From the NCBI GenBank assembly GCA_021817145.1, contig JAKAVV010000007.1, positions 66,957 through 130,956 of the forward strand: a stretch of DNA of 64,000 nt, read 5' to 3'. The position numbers and the translations under genes are program-made. The notes under the pieces were generated by a model. That model had not been told where the DNA came from and did not search any database. It was given only the letters and a program-made list of their open reading frames with translations. This DNA comes from a bacterium (GTDB lineage: Bacteria > Vulcanimicrobiota > JABDET01). Of the stretch, positions 1-10,392 are shown piece by piece (position 1 is the stretch's first letter; each line of letters starts with the position of its first letter).

Positions 1-702
1 TGCATTGAAGAATTCGTGAACTCTGGGGAATCGCACTTGATTGTCACTTTAGGCGCTGAAATGGTCATGGCAGCACGGAAAAAACATGAGCTGCGGGAAA
101 TGCTGAAAAAAGCTTCTTTAATCGTTCCTGATGGAGGAGGAATTCTCTGGGCAGCAAAAAAATTAGGGGACCCTTTAAAAGAAAAAGTGGCAGGGATTGA
201 ACTAATTGAAAAAATCTCTTCCCAATCAGGGAGGAAAAACTGGAACCTTTTTTTCCTGGGAGGAAAACCAGGGATCTCTGAAAAAGCCGTTCAAAAACTG
301 AGAAATAAATTTCCTGATATGAGAGTTGCAGGATCTTATCATGGATATTTTAACCATAAGGAGATTCCTCCGATTTTAAAAAATGAAAAAATTGACATTC
401 TTTTTGTAGGAATGGGGTTTCCTTATCAAGAAAACTGGATCTTAAATCACTGTCAAGCCTTGCAGATTCCTGTTGGAATAGGGGTTGGAGGTAGTTTTGA
501 TGTGCTGAGCGGAGAATTAAAAAGAGCGCCTAAGTGGATGATTAATTTGAATTTGGAGTGGTTTTACCGCCTTATTCAAGAACCACGTAGATGGAAAAGG
601 ATGCTGGTCATCCCTCAATTCATGATTTTAGTTTATGCTTTATCCATCAAGAAACTCTTCAGTGACAAGACAGAAGAGGAAAAAGAGAATCGAATAACAT
701 GA
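1..702 (+). CDS. WecB/TagA/CpsF family glycosyltransferase (5' end cut by window edge)
   Basis: Frame is open from base 1. Motifs PDGGGILWA, VAGIEL, LFVGMGFPYQE, GVGGSFDVLSG, RAPKWM..LEWFYRL.QEPRRW. Confidence 0.9.
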   Translation, partial: CIEEFVNSGESHLIVTLGAEMVMAARKKHELREMLKKASLIVPDGGGILWAAKKLGDPLKEKVAGIELIEKISSQSGRKNWNLFFLGGKPGISEKAVQKLRNKFPDMRVAGSYHGYFNHKEIPPILKNEKIDILFVGMGFPYQENWILNHCQALQIPVGIGVGGSFDVLSGELKRAPKWMINLNLEWFYRLIQEPRRWKRMLVIPQFMILVYALSIKKLFSDKTEEEKENRIT

Positions 703-1670
703 AAGCAATGATCCTGGCAGCTGGTGAAGGCACAAGACTCAAACCTTTAACCGATTACTTTCCAAAACCTCTTGTCCCTATTATGAACAAACCTGTTATG
801 GCGCATGTTTTATCCTGGCTTTTAGAGAATGAAATTCAAGACATTGTGATCAACACCCATTATCTGGCAGACCAAATCGAATCTTACTTTGGAGATGGAT
901 CTCGATTTAACGTTAAGATTCGATATTCCCGAGAAGAGAAACTTCTTGGAACAGCAGGAGGAGTAAAAAAAGTCAGCTCTTTATTTCAGGAAACATTTCT
1001 GGTGATTGGAGCTGATGACTTATCTGATGTTAATCTGAAAAAATTAGTTGAATCCCATAAAAGCGCCAAAGCTGTCGCAAGCATTGGTCTGAAGGAAGTT
1101 GAAAAAACTGAACAGTACGGCATTGTTGCAGCAGACAAAACAGGGAAGATTTTAGAGTTTCAAGAAAAGCCTGAAAGCGATAAAGCGATCAGCCAAATGG
1201 CTAATACAGGCATCTATGTTTTTGAACCAGAAATTTTTAATTTTATCCCCCCAAATGAGCTGTTTGACTTTGGTCGCCAGGTCTTCCCTCTTCTGCTTGA
1301 AAGAAAAGCTGCATTTTACGGTTTCCCTGTAGAAGGATACTGGTGTGACATCGGTTCTCTTGAAGAGTACAAAGAAAGCCACTGGAACATTTTGAAAAGG
1401 GGATGTAAAATTAAGCCTGAAGCTCAAGAAATCTCCCCTGGCTTATGGATTGAAGAGAAAGCGGAAATCCATCCCGAAGCAGTTCTGCGCCCACCCTGCT
1501 ATATTGGAAAAGGAACAGTAATTGAACAAGGAGCTGTTCTTAATGGATTGGTTGCTGCGGGAAGAAATGTGCGGATTAAAAAGAACAGCTGCCTGAATCA
1601 AGCGATTCTGTGGGATGGAGTTGTCGTCCCTGCTGGAACAACCTTACAAAACGATATTGTTACAGGTTGA
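699..1670 (+). CDS. NDP-sugar pyrophosphorylase (mannose-1-phosphate guanylyltransferase-like) with C-terminal left-handed beta-helix
   Basis: MKAMILAAGEGTRLKPLT...PKPL, LGTAGG, FQEKP, YWCDIGS. ATGA overlap with the upstream gene. Confidence 0.88.
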   Translation: MKAMILAAGEGTRLKPLTDYFPKPLVPIMNKPVMAHVLSWLLENEIQDIVINTHYLADQIESYFGDGSRFNVKIRYSREEKLLGTAGGVKKVSSLFQETFLVIGADDLSDVNLKKLVESHKSAKAVASIGLKEVEKTEQYGIVAADKTGKILEFQEKPESDKAISQMANTGIYVFEPEIFNFIPPNELFDFGRQVFPLLLERKAAFYGFPVEGYWCDIGSLEEYKESHWNILKRGCKIKPEAQEISPGLWIEEKAEIHPEAVLRPPCYIGKGTVIEQGAVLNGLVAAGRNVRIKKNSCLNQAILWDGVVVPAGTTLQNDIVTG

Positions 1671-1702
1671 GTGCACAAACCGCAGTTTGCAAGAGGTTTG
1701 GG

Positions 1703-2713
1703 TTAGATATCTTCTGTTTTTCTCATAATATGGAATCGCTCTTTCTGGTATCCCCATTTTTCCATATAAGCTTCATAACCAGGAGGAAGATTTACAACCA
1801 AATAATCATGGCCGGAGTCATGGCAAATTTTTTCCATTTTTTTAAGAAGAAAATGAATCAGATTGGTTTCCCAAACCGATTGATCAAGAGAAATATCCAG
1901 AACAGTTCCCTGTTTTTCCCCTGTTGTTGCTTCATACTGATTTAAAGCCAGAACAGCATAACAAAATTTATTTTCCATCACAGCTGTGACAATGCCTGCT
2001 CCATGAGCATACAGCAGGTTGTTCAACACCTCCATCCACCATTTTCTCCATTTCAAAATTTCGTTCTGAGAATAATTCATCCAGTCAGGAAATCGGAAGA
2101 GGTAATTTCTCTCTATATAGGAAGAAACCTCTCCAATATTCTCGGTTATCGTATAAGATGGCTCTAAAGGAGCAGAAGAGCTGACTCCTGTATTATTCCT
2201 CTCGTCAGAATCAGGACAAGAGCAAGGCTTATTTGAAAAATTCATCCATTGATGTCCTATGATTTTAAATCCACCAAATCGAAGAGCGGTTTTTAAACTT
2301 CTTATATTCGTATTCGTAATCACTGCGCCCATCCACTGATACTCCTGCCGCGCATTCTTACAGGCTTCTTTTATAAGAGCAAGCCAGTAAAATTTTCCTC
2401 GATATTTCTCGCCAACTCCGATGTCTAAGAGATATGCCTGAGGCAGCAGAAGGATTGGATTACGATCTCTTAACTCCACGATGCAGTAACCTGCAGGCTC
2501 TTTTTTCTCCGCATCCCATAAAGATAAACAAAAAAAAGAAGAATCGAACTGCAAAATCCTTTCCAACTGATCAAGAGCAGTATGAATATTAGCATGGAAC
2601 GCCGCATCAGAAATTGAACGGGATGCGGGCCTGGAGAAACTCTGAAATTCAGCGATCATTTGCTTCAAAGAAACAAAATCGTTTCTCTTTGTTTTTCTAA
2701 TTTCGAGTTTCAT
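1703..2713 (-). CDS. putative tandem GNAT-fold acetyltransferase
   Basis: AYLLDIGVGEKYRGK resembles GNAT motif A. The second half has GTVLDISL...YMEKWGYQ, like a second GNAT domain. Confidence 0.5.
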   Translation of the reverse strand: MKLEIRKTKRNDFVSLKQMIAEFQSFSRPASRSISDAAFHANIHTALDQLERILQFDSSFFCLSLWDAEKKEPAGYCIVELRDRNPILLLPQAYLLDIGVGEKYRGKFYWLALIKEACKNARQEYQWMGAVITNTNIRSLKTALRFGGFKIIGHQWMNFSNKPCSCPDSDERNNTGVSSSAPLEPSYTITENIGEVSSYIERNYLFRFPDWMNYSQNEILKWRKWWMEVLNNLLYAHGAGIVTAVMENKFCYAVLALNQYEATTGEKQGTVLDISLDQSVWETNLIHFLLKKMEKICHDSGHDYLVVNLPPGYEAYMEKWGYQKERFHIMRKTEDI

Positions 2714-2738
2714 TCAACTTTCAAGCCTTATGTTTCAT

Positions 2739-4076
2739 TCAACCTTCATTCAGTTGAGAAGTAGAAAATTGATCCCCATGTTTCGCAGATTCGTCTTTAT
2801 TGGCTGATTCATATTCCTGAACAACTTTCTTCGCTAACACAGTCGCATCCTGCACTTTTTCAGCCCCTTGAAATAAAACCTCCATTCCTGAAGAACATTC
2901 CTGAATATTTTTAGAAGTGGACCAATCTCGCAACAGAGAAACTCCTTTTTTCATCTCTTCCAGTCCATTGGTGTAGGAATCCATGACAGCAAGGAAAATC
3001 ATCTTTCCCTCTTCAGCCCGAATTGGATCATAATCCAAAAAATTAGCGGGCAGTTTAGGAACAGATTGAATTTGTTTTGACACTAACCCAATCTTCTTGT
3101 CAAGCCAGTTTAAAACATCTAAAAACTCGCCGCTGCTAATGATCCCATCATAATAATCCTCCACTGCATTCACCAATTTTTCAAAAATTTCCCTAAAAAG
3201 ATTAATCTTTACAACCCCTTCAGATAAATCCAATTGAGGGAATACAATTCCCAGTTCAGGAAAGACCAATGAGCAGGAATGGCAAACCGATGATGCTTGA
3301 TGATTTTTGGCGCCGCATCGAGGACAAACTTTTTCTTGACTCCCAAACTTTTGAAATTCCGAAAGGGATTTCTCAAGAAATTCGTGATACAAATTCCAGT
3401 AATCGTGCAAAATCTTAAGCGCTGCCTGCAGCTCTTGGAACTTCTTTTGTTCAAAAAAGATGGGAAGCTGCTGGATCGCCTGTCTTGTATTGGGAAGCGA
3501 TTGATTTAACTTCTCTAATAGAGAATGCGCTTCTGGCCAAAGATTTTCTGCCTTATTAAACCTGCGAATCACTCGCTCCATTTCTGCGCAGTGATTTCCA
3601 TGGAACTGAATCATGCTTAAAGCAACTGATTCATCGCATTTCTGATTTTGGAAAGCTTGAAGAGCATTATACATGAGATTGAAAGTTTGATCTCTTGAAG
3701 GCTTAAGCGCGCTTTTTCTAAGCCCAAACTGCAGAATCCCTGCTTTCATTTCCTGAAAAGAGTCGCCAATCTTCTGAACTCCCTTATCCAGAGCTGCTTC
3801 ATCATAAGTTTTTAGATATTCTCGAATCAAGACGATTCCAGCATCAAATTGCGCGTAAGCAGATTCAAGGTGATTCACTTCTATTTTGAGTTCAGGACCG
3901 GACTCTTGTTTTGTTTCCTGAGCCGCTTTTTGAACCACAGTTTCTAGAGTTGTTAAATATGTTTCCAACGCGCTTTTAGAAGCTGTTTTGTTTTTTACCG
4001 CATCTGCAATTAAAAGTAAAGAATCAAAGAAAGGCATGGTTTCTTTTTTTTCAGCAGCCATGCCTTTCTTCTCCAA
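2739..4076 (-). CDS. hypothetical helical protein with zinc ribbon
   Basis: CPRCG-x9-CHSC embedded in an all-alpha-looking sequence. True start may be a downstream ATG. Confidence 0.6.
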   Translation of the reverse strand: MEKKGMAAEKKETMPFFDSLLLIADAVKNKTASKSALETYLTTLETVVQKAAQETKQESGPELKIEVNHLESAYAQFDAGIVLIREYLKTYDEAALDKGVQKIGDSFQEMKAGILQFGLRKSALKPSRDQTFNLMYNALQAFQNQKCDESVALSMIQFHGNHCAEMERVIRRFNKAENLWPEAHSLLEKLNQSLPNTRQAIQQLPIFFEQKKFQELQAALKILHDYWNLYHEFLEKSLSEFQKFGSQEKVCPRCGAKNHQASSVCHSCSLVFPELGIVFPQLDLSEGVVKINLFREIFEKLVNAVEDYYDGIISSGEFLDVLNWLDKKIGLVSKQIQSVPKLPANFLDYDPIRAEEGKMIFLAVMDSYTNGLEEMKKGVSLLRDWSTSKNIQECSSGMEVLFQGAEKVQDATVLAKKVVQEYESANKDESAKHGDQFSTSQLNEG

Positions 4077-4107
4077 TCCTTACCAGTCCAATCAATTTTT
4101 TAAGAAA

Positions 4108-4941
4108 TCATACTTGGACAGCTTGATTTCCATTCAGAGTTTCAAGTCCTTGATCCCACTGTTGATAAGCTTGTTGAATCGTTGGTGGAAGTCCTTCTCC
4201 TTGACCGCACTGACAGCAGCACCCTGGCGGCATACTGATAGGCGGGAAGTATTGGTACGGAGAACCACCAATTGGAGGATAAGAATAAGGAGACCCGCCA
4301 AATCCATAAGGATTTATCCCTGCTCCTGGATAAAAGGGGTATCCCCCAAGCCCGGCGCCAGCTCCAAGACCAAGTCCTGTGCCAAGGGCTCCTGCTCCAG
4401 ATCCATAATAACCATTTCCACCAAGGTATTGTCCTAATTGGGGCTCCTGCCCACCATACTGCTGATAATACTGCTGTGGAACCTGCTGCTGCTGCGCCTG
4501 CTCACCAGCAGATGCGCCGAGAGTTCCTCCTAAAAGTCCACCTAAAATTGTGCCAACTCCAGGAAAAAGGAGGGTTCCTAAAGCAGCTCCGCCAAGTCCT
4601 CCAACCAATCCACCGCTGAGCGGATCGCTGAACAGATCTTTTACACCATTAACTGCTCCACCAAGAACATCACCTGCTCCATGGATGACTCCTCCGAAAG
4701 CATCTCCTACTCCTTTGAGCACCCCTTTGAAGGGAGAAACAATCGCTCCACCAATATCACCCAGAGCTTTTCCAGGATGACCTGACAACAAATCAATAGG
4801 AGCTTTTATTACATCTTCAGCTGAATGAATAACCCCACCGGCCACATCTCCAACAGCATGAACAGCCCCTCCAACAACACTTTCTGCTCCATGAACAACC
4901 CCTCCAATAGCGCTTCCTACAGCCTTAACAATGCCACCCAT
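4108..4941 (-). CDS. glycine-zipper / Gly-Gln-Tyr low-complexity protein
   Basis: ATG at 4941 follows GGAGG. Contains 11-residue GGxxHxxxDVx-like repeats, a GxxxG zipper (GGLVGGLGGAALG...GGLLGGTLGASAG), a Q/Y/G-rich tail and CCCQC. Confidence 0.7.
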   Translation of the reverse strand: MGGIVKAVGSAIGGVVHGAESVVGGAVHAVGDVAGGVIHSAEDVIKAPIDLLSGHPGKALGDIGGAIVSPFKGVLKGVGDAFGGVIHGAGDVLGGAVNGVKDLFSDPLSGGLVGGLGGAALGTLLFPGVGTILGGLLGGTLGASAGEQAQQQQVPQQYYQQYGGQEPQLGQYLGGNGYYGSGAGALGTGLGLGAGAGLGGYPFYPGAGINPYGFGGSPYSYPPIGGSPYQYFPPISMPPGCCCQCGQGEGLPPTIQQAYQQWDQGLETLNGNQAVQV

Positions 4942-5016
4942 AACCAACACCTCCAGAAATTTTATTATTATATATATCTCTTAAAAGGGAAAAATGTCTA
5001 GTGCGGAAAATGAAAG

Positions 5017-5055
5017 TTTACAATTATTTTACGAAAAATTTACAAAATTTTAACA
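5017..5055. promoter_or_regulatory. four 11-bp-phased TT(T/A)AC(A/G) boxes, OmpR/PhoP-type binding array upstream of the glycine-zipper gene
   Basis: TTTACA at 5017, TTTACG at 5028, TTTACA at 5039, TTAACA at 5050, with exact 11-bp periodicity. Confidence 0.5.
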
Positions 5056-5059
5056 ATTA

Positions 5060-7534
5060 TTATTCTTCTTCATCATCTTCTTCAAGATGAGCCAGTGCAG
5101 TCACTTCATCCCCTTCATCCAGGCGGATGATCCGAACCCCCTGGGTATCCCTTCCAATTCTTGAAATTCCATTGACTAAGATTCGAATCAATTGTCCATT
5201 TTTAGTAATGACCATGACTTCATCATCTTCATTGACTGCTTCTACTCCAACAACATATCCTGTTTTATCATTGACTTTAATGTTTTTAACTCCTACCCCT
5301 CCACGTCCCTGAACTCGATATAAGTCTAAATCAGATCTTTTCCCATATCCATTTGACGTCACAACCAAAACCTCTTTTTTCCCTCTTAAACTATCCATGG
5401 CAACGACCCCATCATCGCTTCTTAAGCGAGCGCCTCGAACCCCCTGGGTTCTTCTTCCTGTTGGACGAACCATTTTTTCGTCAAAGCGAATAGCAAGTCC
5501 GTTTTTCGTTCCAAGCAGAACCTCTTCTTCTCCATCTGTTAACTGAACTCCAATTAAGCAGTCCTCTTCTTCCAGCTTAATCCCCATTAAGCCTGTTCTA
5601 AAGATATTAGTGTATTCTGAAATCGAGGTTTTTTTCACCTGTCCTTTTTTTGTCGCCATAAAAAGATAATGTTCTGTGTCAAAAGATTTTACAGGGAACA
5701 CAGAAGCAATCTTTTCCTCTTTTGGAATTTCAAGCAAATTGACAATAGCCGTTCCTTTTGCCTGTCTGCCTGCCTCTGGGAGCTCATGCACTTTCAACCT
5801 GAAAACCCTGCCTGTACCTGTAAAAATCATTAAATAATCATGGGTGTCAGCGACAAACATGTGCTCAATAAAATCCTCTGTTTTCAAACCCATGCCTTGA
5901 ACCCCTTTTCCCCCTCTTCTCTGACTCCGATAAGTGTCCAGCGGAATTCGTTTAATATATCCTGAATGAGAGACAGTAACAACCATGTCTTCATGAGGCA
6001 GCAGATCTTCTACCTGGAAATCAACAGGGGTTTCGTCAATAATTTGGGTTTTCCGCGAATCTCCAAATTTCTCTTTTAACTCTAAAATCTCTTTCTTTAT
6101 CACTCCTAAAATTTCCACTGAACTGCCTAAAATTTTCTCTAAATTCTTAATGGTTAGGAGCAGTTCTTGATGTTCTTCTTGAATTTTCTTCCTTTCTAAG
6201 CCCGTTAATCTCTGGAGTCTCATATCTAAAATTCCATTTGCCTGAGCTTCTGAAAGCTTAAACCGAGAAATCAATTTCTCTCGAGCCTCTTGCGGATCAT
6301 TAGAATTCCGAATTAAAGCAATCACTTCATCCAAATGATCCAGAGCGATCAAAAGACCTTCTAATAAATGAGCTCTTTCTTTTGCTTTCTTTAATTCAAA
6401 TCGGGTTCTCCGGTAAACGACTTGATAGCGGTGTTTCAGGTACTCGGAAATAATTTCTTTTAAAGTCAAAATTCGAGGAATGCCATCCACAAGGGCAAGC
6501 ATAATGACACCAAAATTAGCCTGCAAATCCGTATGTTTAAAGAGTTGATTTAAGACAATTTGCGGAATAGCATCTGTTCTTAGTTCAATAACAACTCTCA
6601 TCCCATGACGATCTGATTCATCTCGAATATCACTAATCCCATTAATCTTTTTGTCTCTGACCAGGTCAGCAATGGCTTCAATCAATCGGGCTTTATTGAC
6701 CTGATAAGGAATTTCAGTAACAATAATTGATTCATGCCTTCCTTTTTTCTGCTCAAATTGAGTTTTAGCCCTCATGGTTATTGAGCCTCTGCCTGTCAGG
6801 AGAGCCTGGCGAATCCCTTCTCTTCCCATGATCAATCCTGCTGTAGGAAAATCAGGACCAGGAATATATTTTAAAAGTTCTTCACCTTCAAGTTCAATCT
6901 GAAAATGAACCTCTAATCCTGAACCTGTAATCTTTGTTTTGTCAATGGCTGCGCAGATCCCATCTACCACTTCTGAAAGGTTGTGAGGAGGCATATTGGT
7001 TGCCATTCCAACAGCAATCCCAGAGGAACCATTAATTAGCAGATTAGGAAGTTTAGCGGGAAGAATAACAGGTTCTTCATGATTATTATCAAAATTAGGT
7101 CTGAAATCAACGGTTTCTTTATCCAAATCTTCCAACAAAGTCATGGCAATTTTAGAAAGTCTTGCCTCTGTGTAACGATAAGCTGCAGGAGGATCTCCAT
7201 CCACAGAACCGAAATTTCCATGCCCTTCAACCAGAGGGTATCTCATAGAGAAATCCTGAGCCATCCTTACCAGAGCATCATAAACAGCCACATCTCCATG
7301 GGGGTGGTATTTCCCGATCACATCCCCTACCACAGTCGCGCATTTTTTAAAGGGTTTATCAGGGGTTAATCCCAGGTTATCCATTGAGTAGAGAATGCGG
7401 CGGTGAACCGGTTTCAATCCATCTCTGACATCAGGCAGAGCCCTGGAAACGATGACACTCATAGCGTAATCCAGGTAAGAAACTTTCATTTCATCTGAAA
7501 TGCGAATAGGAAGAACAGTTTGAGCAATATTCAC
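5060..7534 (-). CDS. gyrA: DNA gyrase subunit A
   Basis: [44 protein letters not shown], GyrA-box QRRGGKG and a beta-pinwheel C-terminal domain. Confidence 0.97.
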   Translation of the reverse strand: MNIAQTVLPIRISDEMKVSYLDYAMSVIVSRALPDVRDGLKPVHRRILYSMDNLGLTPDKPFKKCATVVGDVIGKYHPHGDVAVYDALVRMAQDFSMRYPLVEGHGNFGSVDGDPPAAYRYTEARLSKIAMTLLEDLDKETVDFRPNFDNNHEEPVILPAKLPNLLINGSSGIAVGMATNMPPHNLSEVVDGICAAIDKTKITGSGLEVHFQIELEGEELLKYIPGPDFPTAGLIMGREGIRQALLTGRGSITMRAKTQFEQKKGRHESIIVTEIPYQVNKARLIEAIADLVRDKKINGISDIRDESDRHGMRVVIELRTDAIPQIVLNQLFKHTDLQANFGVIMLALVDGIPRILTLKEIISEYLKHRYQVVYRRTRFELKKAKERAHLLEGLLIALDHLDEVIALIRNSNDPQEAREKLISRFKLSEAQANGILDMRLQRLTGLERKKIQEEHQELLLTIKNLEKILGSSVEILGVIKKEILELKEKFGDSRKTQIIDETPVDFQVEDLLPHEDMVVTVSHSGYIKRIPLDTYRSQRRGGKGVQGMGLKTEDFIEHMFVADTHDYLMIFTGTGRVFRLKVHELPEAGRQAKGTAIVNLLEIPKEEKIASVFPVKSFDTEHYLFMATKKGQVKKTSISEYTNIFRTGLMGIKLEEEDCLIGVQLTDGEEEVLLGTKNGLAIRFDEKMVRPTGRRTQGVRGARLRSDDGVVAMDSLRGKKEVLVVTSNGYGKRSDLDLYRVQGRGGVGVKNIKVNDKTGYVVGVEAVNEDDEVMVITKNGQLIRILVNGISRIGRDTQGVRIIRLDEGDEVTALAHLEEDDEEE

Positions 7535-7549
7535 TGAGAAAACACCTCG

Positions 7550-8785
7550 TTAAATTTTTACGACTTCTTTTTTCCCGTAATGGGAATTCACATAATCATT
7601 TAAAATCTTTATAAACTCTTGAACAATTGTATTTCCTTTTAATGTGGTATATAATTTGCCATCCATAAAAACAGGAGCTTTCGGCTCTTCCCCTGTTCCT
7701 GGAAGAGAAATACCGATATGGGCATGCTTGGATTCACCCGGTCCATTCACAACACATCCCATAACCGCTACTTTCATCTCTTCAATTCCATGATATTCGT
7801 TTTTCCAGATTGGCATTTGAGTTTTAAGATATTCCTGAATCTCATGAGCCATCTCCTGGAAAAAAGTGCTGGTCGTTCTGCCGCAGCCAGGACAAGCGCT
7901 GACTTGAGGATTAAAGGAACGAATTTCAAGGGATTGCAAAATTTGCTGTCCTACTCTGACTTCTTCTGCTCGATCCCCACCAGGAGCAGGGGTTAAACTG
8001 ATCCGAATCGTATCCCCTATTCCTTCTTGAAGCAGTACAGCAAGGGCTGCTGCACTGGCAACAATCCCTTTTGCTCCCATTCCTGCTTCTGTTAATCCTA
8101 AATGCAGAGGGTAATCTCCTCTTCGGGAAAGTTCTCTGTACACATCAATCAAATTTTGAACTCCAGACAACTTTGCGCTTAAAGTAATCCGATTGTGAGA
8201 AAGCCCATGAGTTTCAGCTAACTCTGCTGATCTTAAAGCAGAGTCAACCATGGCTTCAAGAGTCACCTCTCTTGCGTCTTTAGGTTTTGCTTTACGAGCA
8301 TTTTCATCCATTAAATGAGTCAGCAGTTCTTGATCTAAAGAACCCCAGTTTACTCCAATTCTCACGGCTTTATCATAATGAACCGCCAGCTCAATGATCT
8401 TCAAAAAATTCTCATCTCTTCTTTTTCCTGTGCCGACGTTTCCCGGATTGATTCTATATTTATCCAGAAGTCTGGCGGTCTCAGGATATTCGCTCAGCAG
8501 AATATGTCCATTATAATGAAAATCTCCAATAATAGGGAGAAAATATCCCTTATCTCGAGCTCGTTTAATCATTTCAGGGACAGCCTGAGCAGCCTCTTTT
8601 GTATTCACTGTAACTCGGACCAACTCAGAGCCAGCTTTTGCCAGGTCCATAACTTGATTGGCTGTAGCAATTGGATCAGCGGTATCCGTATTAGTCATAG
8701 ACTGAACTCGAATCGGGTTCTCCCCACCAATTCCTACTCCGCCAACTTTGACTTCAACTGTTTTCTTTCGGTTAATAAAAGCCAT
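7550..8785 (-). CDS. ispG: (E)-4-hydroxy-3-methylbut-2-enyl-diphosphate synthase (GcpE)
   Basis: [53 protein letters not shown]. Start taken at ATG 8785; the ORF extends to 8830. Confidence 0.95.
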   Translation of the reverse strand: MAFINRKKTVEVKVGGVGIGGENPIRVQSMTNTDTADPIATANQVMDLAKAGSELVRVTVNTKEAAQAVPEMIKRARDKGYFLPIIGDFHYNGHILLSEYPETARLLDKYRINPGNVGTGKRRDENFLKIIELAVHYDKAVRIGVNWGSLDQELLTHLMDENARKAKPKDAREVTLEAMVDSALRSAELAETHGLSHNRITLSAKLSGVQNLIDVYRELSRRGDYPLHLGLTEAGMGAKGIVASAAALAVLLQEGIGDTIRISLTPAPGGDRAEEVRVGQQILQSLEIRSFNPQVSACPGCGRTTSTFFQEMAHEIQEYLKTQMPIWKNEYHGIEEMKVAVMGCVVNGPGESKHAHIGISLPGTGEEPKAPVFMDGKLYTTLKGNTIVQEFIKILNDYVNSHYGKKEVVKI

Positions 8786-8830
8786 TTTATATGATTTATT
8801 CGCTATTTTTTTATTTCCCCCCTTTTCCAC

Positions 8831-8859
8831 TAGACATTTTTTACCCTACAGAGTATAAT
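8831..8859 (+). promoter_or_regulatory. sigma70-type promoter for the 8902 gene
   Basis: TAGACA (8831-8836), 17-bp spacer, TATAAT (8854-8859). Confidence 0.5.
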
Positions 8860-8901
8860 AAGGCAGGAAACCACATCACATTTTTCCGGAGGTGAAGGAG
8901 C

Positions 8902-9363
8902 ATGGATGTTTCAGGAATTAACTCTATAGGAAGTTTCCCAGGTTCATCGGGAAGCTCTGGAAACCCTTATGGGGTATCAACCCAGGTATGGAATACAATG
9001 GTTAAGACATACCCCAATTTAACTCAAACTCTGCTGAGCATGCCTGAATCAGCAGTCAATCTTTATAAAAACATGAGCCTGAAAGACAAAGAGCTTTTCG
9101 CTAAAAAAATCCACGGTAAAACTCAATATATGTTTTGGACAATTGATAACAGGAAAGCTTTTATTCAAGGCACCTTTATGGGACAAAATATTTTTCCTCA
9201 TCTCGAAAACAAGATTGAGCAAGAGCAGCGGGATGGAAAAATTCCTAAGCAGGAAGCCTCTGAACTCCTGAAAGCAGTTTCAGTTTCACAAACCCTGACT
9301 CCAACCCAAAGAGAAGCGATTGTAACCCTGGATGAAACAGAGACTGGAATCCCACCCTCTTAA
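8902..9363 (+). CDS. hypothetical protein
   Basis: 153-aa ORF with GGAGG/AAGGAG RBS and a Ser/Gly-rich N-terminus. No family recognised. Confidence 0.6.
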   Translation: MDVSGINSIGSFPGSSGSSGNPYGVSTQVWNTMVKTYPNLTQTLLSMPESAVNLYKNMSLKDKELFAKKIHGKTQYMFWTIDNRKAFIQGTFMGQNIFPHLENKIEQEQRDGKIPKQEASELLKAVSVSQTLTPTQREAIVTLDETETGIPPS

Positions 9364-9409
9364 CTTCTTCCCTATTTAAAAAAACAATGATCTATGATAT
9401 AATAAAGAG

Positions 9410-10372
9410 GTGAACTTTCATCTCCCAAAAGGGAAATCAATTGGAAAAGAGGTAACAAGGAGCTTAAAAATCCTTTTTGCGACTGCAGCAGTGTTTTTCC
9501 TCCTGTCATCAAGAAAATCCGCTGAAGGAATCCCTGCTGCGATACCCCTCTATCCTTTTAAGAAGATCGTTCTGCCTTTTTCAATTACCAATAAAAAGAA
9601 TATTGTTGTGCAAGGAGAGATCCGCGGGATTCCTGTCCATTTAATTATAGACACAGGAATGGATGCCCCTTTAATTCTCAGCAGATCCTTTTGTTCTGAA
9701 GTCGGGCTTCCACTCAAAAAAGATGCCAATCCTGACCAAAACTACAGCGCTGTCCTTCATCTTTTTGGCAGGAAACAAGAGGAAACAGGCCATGTTTTAA
9801 AAAGTTTTTCTCTCAGATTAAACAGGGAAAATTTTCGAATGAGGAAAAGTCTCGAAGTTTCTGATTTTTCTTATTTTACCCATCATCCTGACAAATATCA
9901 GGGGATTATAGGATGGGGATTTTTCCACGATTTTTTTGTCAAATTTGACTTCCCGAACCGAGAAATCATCCTCGAACACGCAGATTCTACCCCTCCTTCC
10001 TTTCAAAACGGAATACACATTTCTGATGGATTTATCCCAATTATTTCAGTCCGTATCCTTAATAAATCTATTCCATTCCTTCTGGATACAGGCTCACCTC
10101 AATCCTGGATCTCCTATAAATCCCTCAATAAACTGGTTAAAATTCCGATCTTTGCCTCTGTTCCTGGAAATTTAAAAGGAACCATAAAAGTGGACTCTTT
10201 ACAAGTGGGCAGGATCCATGTCCATGGTCTCTCCATCAATGTTATTGGGGGATTTTTCGCTCAAAGCCAGAATAAGAACTTTCAGGGGATCCTTGGACTA
10301 AATGCTTTAAAAACGACAGCAGTCATGTTAGACCCAACTCATAAAATAGCATTAATTAAAGAAAAATATTAA
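9410..10372 (+). CDS. two-domain retropepsin-like aspartyl protease, probably exported
   Basis: Two DTG motifs (LIIDTG, FLLDTGS), each followed by a GII/LG motif, and an N-terminal hydrophobic segment. Confidence 0.8.
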   Translation: MNFHLPKGKSIGKEVTRSLKILFATAAVFFLLSSRKSAEGIPAAIPLYPFKKIVLPFSITNKKNIVVQGEIRGIPVHLIIDTGMDAPLILSRSFCSEVGLPLKKDANPDQNYSAVLHLFGRKQEETGHVLKSFSLRLNRENFRMRKSLEVSDFSYFTHHPDKYQGIIGWGFFHDFFVKFDFPNREIILEHADSTPPSFQNGIHISDGFIPIISVRILNKSIPFLLDTGSPQSWISYKSLNKLVKIPIFASVPGNLKGTIKVDSLQVGRIHVHGLSINVIGGFFAQSQNKNFQGILGLNALKTTAVMLDPTHKIALIKEKY

Positions 10373-10392
10373 GAGAAAAGAGGGGGAAAACC

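Noticed and set aside
5060..7534. Annotation as parC
   Set aside because: An intact GyrA-box (QRRGGKG) and an acidic tail indicate gyrase A.
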